The position numbers and the translations under genes are program-made. The notes under the pieces were generated by a model. That model was not told the DNA's origin, searched no databases, and was given only the letters and a program-made list of their open reading frames with translations. Shown here one piece after another: positions 8,851 through 13,886 of a stretch of 13,886 bases of DNA. The stretch covers positions 1 through 13,886 of the forward strand of contig JBHGNT010000919.1 of the NCBI GenBank assembly GCA_043228905.1, given 5' to 3'. Numbering within the stretch: the first letter of the stretch is position 1; every line of letters starts with the position of its first letter. Source of the DNA: Azolla caroliniana. Its lineage: Eukaryota > Plantae > Polypodiophyta.

Positions 8851-9047
8851 GGGGAAAAGCCCAAAATACCCTGAGTTTCTCTTTATTTCCCCAAATGCCC
8901 TTTTTTTTCACTATTTCCCCAAATCCCCTTGGTCAAGCTCAAAAGAGCAATCATATGCCTCTCTTGGAGGTTGACAGAGGACATTGGGAAATGGCAAAAA
9001 TTTATGGGCATTTGAACAAAGACAAATTTTCTTTCTGGAGTTTCCTG
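8851..9047. mobile_element. Mutator-like MITE / foldback element in intron 2 (197 bp)
   Basis: Perfect 9-bp direct repeat ATTAATTTA at 8842-8850 and 9048-9056. Starts GGGGAAAAGCCCAAAATACCC. Long imperfect inverted arms: CAAATGCCC at 8892-8900 vs GGGCATTTG at 9006-9014, and GTCAAGCTCAAAAGAG vs CTCTTGGAGGTTGAC. Confidence 0.78.
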
Positions 9048-9103
9048 ATTAATTTATCATTTCTTCAAAATTTTCTTGGTATTGATGTTTGTGCTGTTTG
9101 CAG

Positions 9104-9307
9104 GGGGATTTCTATCATTGGGTTGAACTCATGAATCATTTTGATGCATATTTTGAAAAGCATGTGAGGCCAAGAAAGGATCTTCAGCTGGATGGAGAAT
9201 ATGACGAAGGTTGTCCTCTTCCAAAGGATGCCATCTTACAGATTCTCAGAGTAACTCGTATCATCTTAGACAATTGCATAAATAAACATTGTTACAGCTC
9301 TTATGAG
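9104..9307 (+). CDS. UPL1: UPL1/UPL2-like coding exon 3 (GDFYHWVELMNHFD...NKHCYSSYE)
   Basis: TGCAG acceptor ending 9103, GTGAG donor at 9308, 204 nt. GDF.HWV.L.N.FD and N..NKH.YSSYE are HUWE1/Tom1/UPL1 N-terminal motifs. Confidence 0.95.
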
Positions 9308-9412
9308 GTGAGCTTCTAGACTCGAGAATATCTCAGATTCTCACTTTTTATGCTGAAATATATTTTTCTTTTGTGGATGAAATATTTTAAAGTTACCTTT
9401 TCTCTTGGACAG

Positions 9413-12400
9413 CATTTATCCTCCCTCCTTGCATCAACAGACACTGAGGTTGTTATAGCGTCCTTGCAAACTCTAGCTGCATTCGTGAAGAAATCTATAC
9501 AGTCAAATCGGCCTGTCCGATGGCATGGAGATCAGACATTAAACTTACGTTTATTTTCCCTTGCTCAAGGCTGGGGTAGTAAAGAAGAAGGACTTGGGTT
9601 AGTAGCATGTGCAATGGAGACTGGGTGTGATGAGAATGCTTTAAGACTGGGCTCGAATCTTCATTTTGAGTTCTATCTAGATACGCAAGATCTTGAATCT
9701 GAAGGGGTAGATAACAGGTTAACAGGTTTAAAGATGATTCATAAGGACTTGCAGAATGAATGCAAAAGTGATCTTGACCTATTGCAAGAGCTGATCAATG
9801 AATACAAAGTTCCCTGCAATCTCAGGTTCTCGCTCTTTACAAGGCTCCGTTTTGCAAAATCCTTTACCCATTTACACACTCGCCGACAATATCTTTGCAT
9901 TCGGCTTTTGGCATTTATTATTCTGCTGCAATCAAATCCTGATGCAGAAGATCTATCTGCTTTCTTCAACAACGAACCAGAGTTTGTGAATGAACTAGTC
10001 ATGCTATTGCATTGTGAGGATACAGCGACTGAAGATATTCGAATGCTAGCACTTCTTGCATTAGCAGCACAAGCTCAAGATCGGCCTCGGCAAGCGAGTG
10101 TTCTTACTGCTATCAGTGCAGGTGGTAACCGAGGAATTCTACCCATACTTGTACAAAAATCTGTAGGATATTTGAATGGCACAAAGCATAACTGTTCACT
10201 ATCCTTTGTAGAGGCTCTACTCTTCCTAATTACGGTATTGGTATCTACATCAGCAGGATGTGCAGCTTTAAGAGAATCAGGTCTTATACCTACGCTGATT
10301 CCATTTCTTAAAGATACAAACCCCTCTCACACTCACTTAGTTGCATCCGGTGTGCATATTTTAGAAGCATTTATGGATTACAGCAATCCGGCAACTATAT
10401 TGTTTAGGGATTTGGGTGGCCTGGATGATGCCATCACGAGACTTGAGGTCGAGATAAATCGTGTGGGAGATTATATGCATAAGGTCAGGGAAAACTTACC
10501 TTGTTTGGAGAAAGGCAAGCTTCCAGTTGAGCATATGGATGAGAAGCATGATGTAGATCTACAGACAGAGTCTGTTATTTCATTCCAGTCAAGGTTACTT
10601 CTGAAAGTTTTGCTTCGAGCTATTTCTTTGGGAACATATGCACCAGGAAATGCAACAAGGATCCATGGCTCTGAAGAGAATGTCTTGGCATCATGTATGT
10701 GCACAATTTTCAGGCATGCCAAAGATTTTGGTGGTGGGGTTTTCTCATTAGCAGCATCTCTGATGAGTGATTTAATACATAAGGATCCAACATGCTTCCA
10801 AACCCTTGATTCTGCAGGTCTCCCAGCAGCATTTTTAGAATCAATTAATGAGGTGCTGCCATCATCTGAGGCAGTTAGTTGCATTCCCCATAGTCTTGAT
10901 GCTTTATGCTTAAATAATGCGGGCTTACAAGCTGTCAAGGACAGGAATGCGCTGCATTGTTTCGTAAAGATCTTCACTTCAAAATTGTATCTTCGAGCGT
11001 TGGCAAACGAAACACCTACCTTTTTAGCTGCTGGATTGGATGAATTGATGCGCCATGCACCAAGCTTACGTGGGGATGGAGTTGATGCTTGCATAGAGAT
11101 ATTAAGAGAAATTGCTATAATCGGAGGTTTTGTTGATACTGACTCAAAGCAATCACAAAATGAGAGTGATGGTGATGCCTCTGTGCCGATGGAGGCAGAT
11201 TCAGAAGTGGTTGGGCAACAGTCGGAAATAGCTACTTTTGAAGTTGGTCAGCAATCTGAAGCAACACCTTCTGAGATTGAAACTACGGAGTCCTTCCTTC
11301 TTGAATATATTCACAATGCTGCAAGGTTGCTTGAAAATCTTTTGCAAAATGCCGAAACAAGCAGAATCTTTGTTGAAAAGAAAGGAGTGGAAGCTATATT
11401 AAATCTTTTCTCATTACCTAATTTGCCAGTGTCGTTTGGTGGATCCTCAGTGGCACACAGCATGTCTTCACCTTTTAGGGCCTTCTCACCATCTCATGCG
11501 ATCCCTCTGTCTAGAGCTGTTTGCAATGCCTTAAGAAAAAGTCTTGCATCTACCATAGAAGCATTAAATGTGTTAGGTGGAGCAAAGCTTTCTGATATGG
11601 GTATTTCAGATAGGAAAAAACTTGTGCGCTGTCTTTCTTCAACAGAGTTGTATCTATCTCTGTCTTCTGTGTTGGTAAGGAGCACTAATACCACGATGAC
11701 TGAACTAAGTGCTGGTGGAATTGATGTGCTATATGACCTTGGAAAGGTGTATCGGGAAGTTCTGTGGCAAATATCTATGTATGATGATGCAAAAGCTGAA
11801 TTAAAGAAGGACGAGACAGGTGTTAATGTTACACATGGTTCCGTTAACAAAGAGGGCGATGAAGATTCTACGATTCCTCCTGTGCAGTATGTGAATCCAG
11901 TATCTATAAGAAATGGGTCTGGCTCTCACTGGGATATGGAACCAGAATTTTTTCCTATAATTTCGTCTGGGGATGGATTTCATCGTCGTACAAGAAGAGA
12001 GCAAGGTGCTGTAGCTGATTTGTTTTCTCAGCGGATGCGTCGGCTTGCACGCCATGCTCCAAGCCAACCTTCTCAACTTGATGTGGAAGCTGCTTCCAAT
12101 GCTGAAGTGACACAATCTCTTGAATGTTTGAATCAGAAATCTCCTGACTCTATAGACTATGAAGTAATGACACGGCTTACAAATGCTGCACGTGGTTTGT
12201 ATGTTGCATTGGGAAAGGCAATGGTGGTACCGTCTCGTCGACGTGATGATGTGGCAGCTCCTGGCTCTGCTGCTAAGGAAGTTTCTGCAGCTATTGCAAA
12301 GATTTTCCGTGAAAACATGGGGTTTGATGGTGGGCTTGGCTCTCCACAATTGGAGATGGCCAGATGTCTCTACTTTCGCCGCCTTGTTGATGATATCCAA

Positions 12401-13886
12401 TTAATACTTTTTGACAGTCGGAGACATAGTTGCAACACACTGTTGATTAATAATTTCTATGCATATGGTACTCTTGGCCAACTGCTGCAAGCATTCCAGA
12501 ATGTTAGCAATATGTTTTGGATGGTCACACAAGAATCTGATGTGGCGATGGAGGATGGAATGAATAAGTCAGAGGTCAATGACATCAAATCTCTGTCCAA
12601 AAGAAAATCATGTCTGTTTGAAACTTTGCAAAGCTTTGCTAAGCTCATGGAACACCTTGTAATACCTACATTGTTCCTGTCTCCGCAGCCAATGGCTCAG
12701 ATGCTTGCCCAGCAAATTCCTGGGGCTCTTGTTGCTATTCCTGTGGCACCTGAGACTTTTGTACAGAGATTACAGTCACAAGTATTGGAATTCATCCTTC
12801 CTGTATGGAACCACCCTTCATTTCCCAAGTGTAATGTGAATTACATAACTTCTGTTGCTTCAATTATAACGCACATATACACAGGAGTGAATGATGTGAA
12901 TCCCCAGAGGACTGCTGGTTCCAATGTATTGGCTCCTCCACCAGATGAATCATCAATTTTGATGATTGTTGAGATGGGTTTTTCTAGAGAGCGAGCTGAA
13001 GAGGCTCTAAGAAGAGTGGTGACAAACAGTGTCGAGATGGCAATGGAATGGCTTTTTAGCCATCCTGAAGAGGCCCAAGAGGAGGATGAACTGGCACGCG
13101 CTCTCACACTTTCATTGGGTAGCTCTGATGCTCCTCCTGACACAGAGGATTCCAAAGGGAAGGAAACAGCTGATGAAGATAATCTGAAGGCACCACCTGT
13201 GGAAGATATATTGGGCACTTGTATTGCCTTGTTGCAGAGCACAGAGGCTGTTGCATTTCCGCTTACAGATTTGATTGTAGTACTCTGCAATCGTAATAAG
13301 GGTCAAGACCGTATTAGAGTAATAACACATTTGGTAAATCATTTGAAGTCATGCTCAATGGAGGACTTGCTTTCAGATCATAATCTACTTTCTGTTGTCT
13401 CCCACTTGTTAGCTTTGATTCTGAATGAAGACTCTATAGCACGTGAGATCGCCTCAGAACAGGGTTTAGTGTCAATTGCATTAGATATTTTGTCAACTTT
13501 CAATCCTCAAGAAATCTTAATTACCACTCCAAAATGGGTAACAGCTTTGCTATTGGTTCTAGATCTGTTTTCACAATTTAAGCCAAAAGTCCCTAAAGAT
13601 TACCATCAGGCTGTTGCTAGTGGCAGATCAGATCCTGTTTTAAAACATAAGCTAGATGCTAGTGATGTCGTGACTTATAACTCAAATGAAACACAAGTAG
13701 ACCCATTTGTTAAGGTTCTGGATAAATATACAGGTTTTATGACACTTACTGAGCAACATAGGGCCATGAAGATAGCATGCAACTTTCTAAATTCACAGAT
13801 TCCAGCAACTACTGTTCAAGCTGTTCTCCAATTGTGTGCGAGGCTAACTAAAGCGCATTCTGTGGCAATGCAATTTCTTGAATCAG
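9413..13886 (+). CDS. UPL1: UPL1/UPL2-like coding exon 4, runs off the window (DUF908/DUF913 armadillo-like region, UBA, UIM)
   Basis: CAG acceptor ending 9412. I translated the frame by hand and found no stop in 1491 codons: HLSSLLASTD, LFSLAQGWGSKEEGLGL, FFNNEPEFVNELV, LEAFMDYSNPA, FGGGVFSLAA, LIHKDPTCF, GLDELMRHAP, QAVLQLCARLTK. Confidence 0.96.
12941..13063 (+). other. UBA domain of the UPL1-like protein
   Basis: PDESSILMIVEMGFSRERAEEALRRVVTNSVEMAMEWLFSH, with the MGF loop and terminal A.EWL. Confidence 0.93.
13076..13123 (+). other. ubiquitin-interacting motif (UIM)
   Basis: QEEDELARALTLSLGS fits acidic-L-x-x-A-L-x-x-S. Confidence 0.88.

Noticed and set aside
9739-13342. Minus-strand and off-frame ORFs (e.g. 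10471-11094, 11801-12400, 12841-13290) as separate genes
   Set aside because: They overlap the long UPL1-like exon and have no recognisable motifs; these are typical antisense shadows.

Overview
Land-plant nuclear DNA with three zones. (1) 1-4452: the 3' part of a dead Ty1/copia LTR retrotransposon on +. It runs integrase, RT, RNase H, PPT and a 440-bp 3' LTR, and carries 4 premature stops, 3 frameshifts and a YVDD->YVED change. Two unrelated, apparently antisense solo LTRs are nested in its pol gene (1281-1940 and 3135-3546). (2) 4453-~6900: an AT-rich spacer with a possible decayed minus-strand coding relic, a degenerate ~41-bp-period repeat array and a (TA)n tract. (3) 6938-end: the 5' part of a UPL1/UPL2-type (HUWE1/Tom1-like) HECT E3 ubiquitin ligase gene on +. 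Its exons are 6938-6970, 8718-8813, 9104-9307 and 9413->13886, about 1600 codons seen, including UBA and UIM; the HECT domain lies beyond the window. The largest reading frame (exon 4) is absent from the ORF track, probably because it has no stop in the window. Intron 2 holds a 197-bp foldback element with a perfect 9-bp target-site duplication (Mutator-like MITE). I found no convincing novel biological system. The best leads are the unassigned minus-strand relic with its repeat array, the nested solo LTRs, the doubled PPT and the intronic MITE. All calls are by eye; no database search was run.
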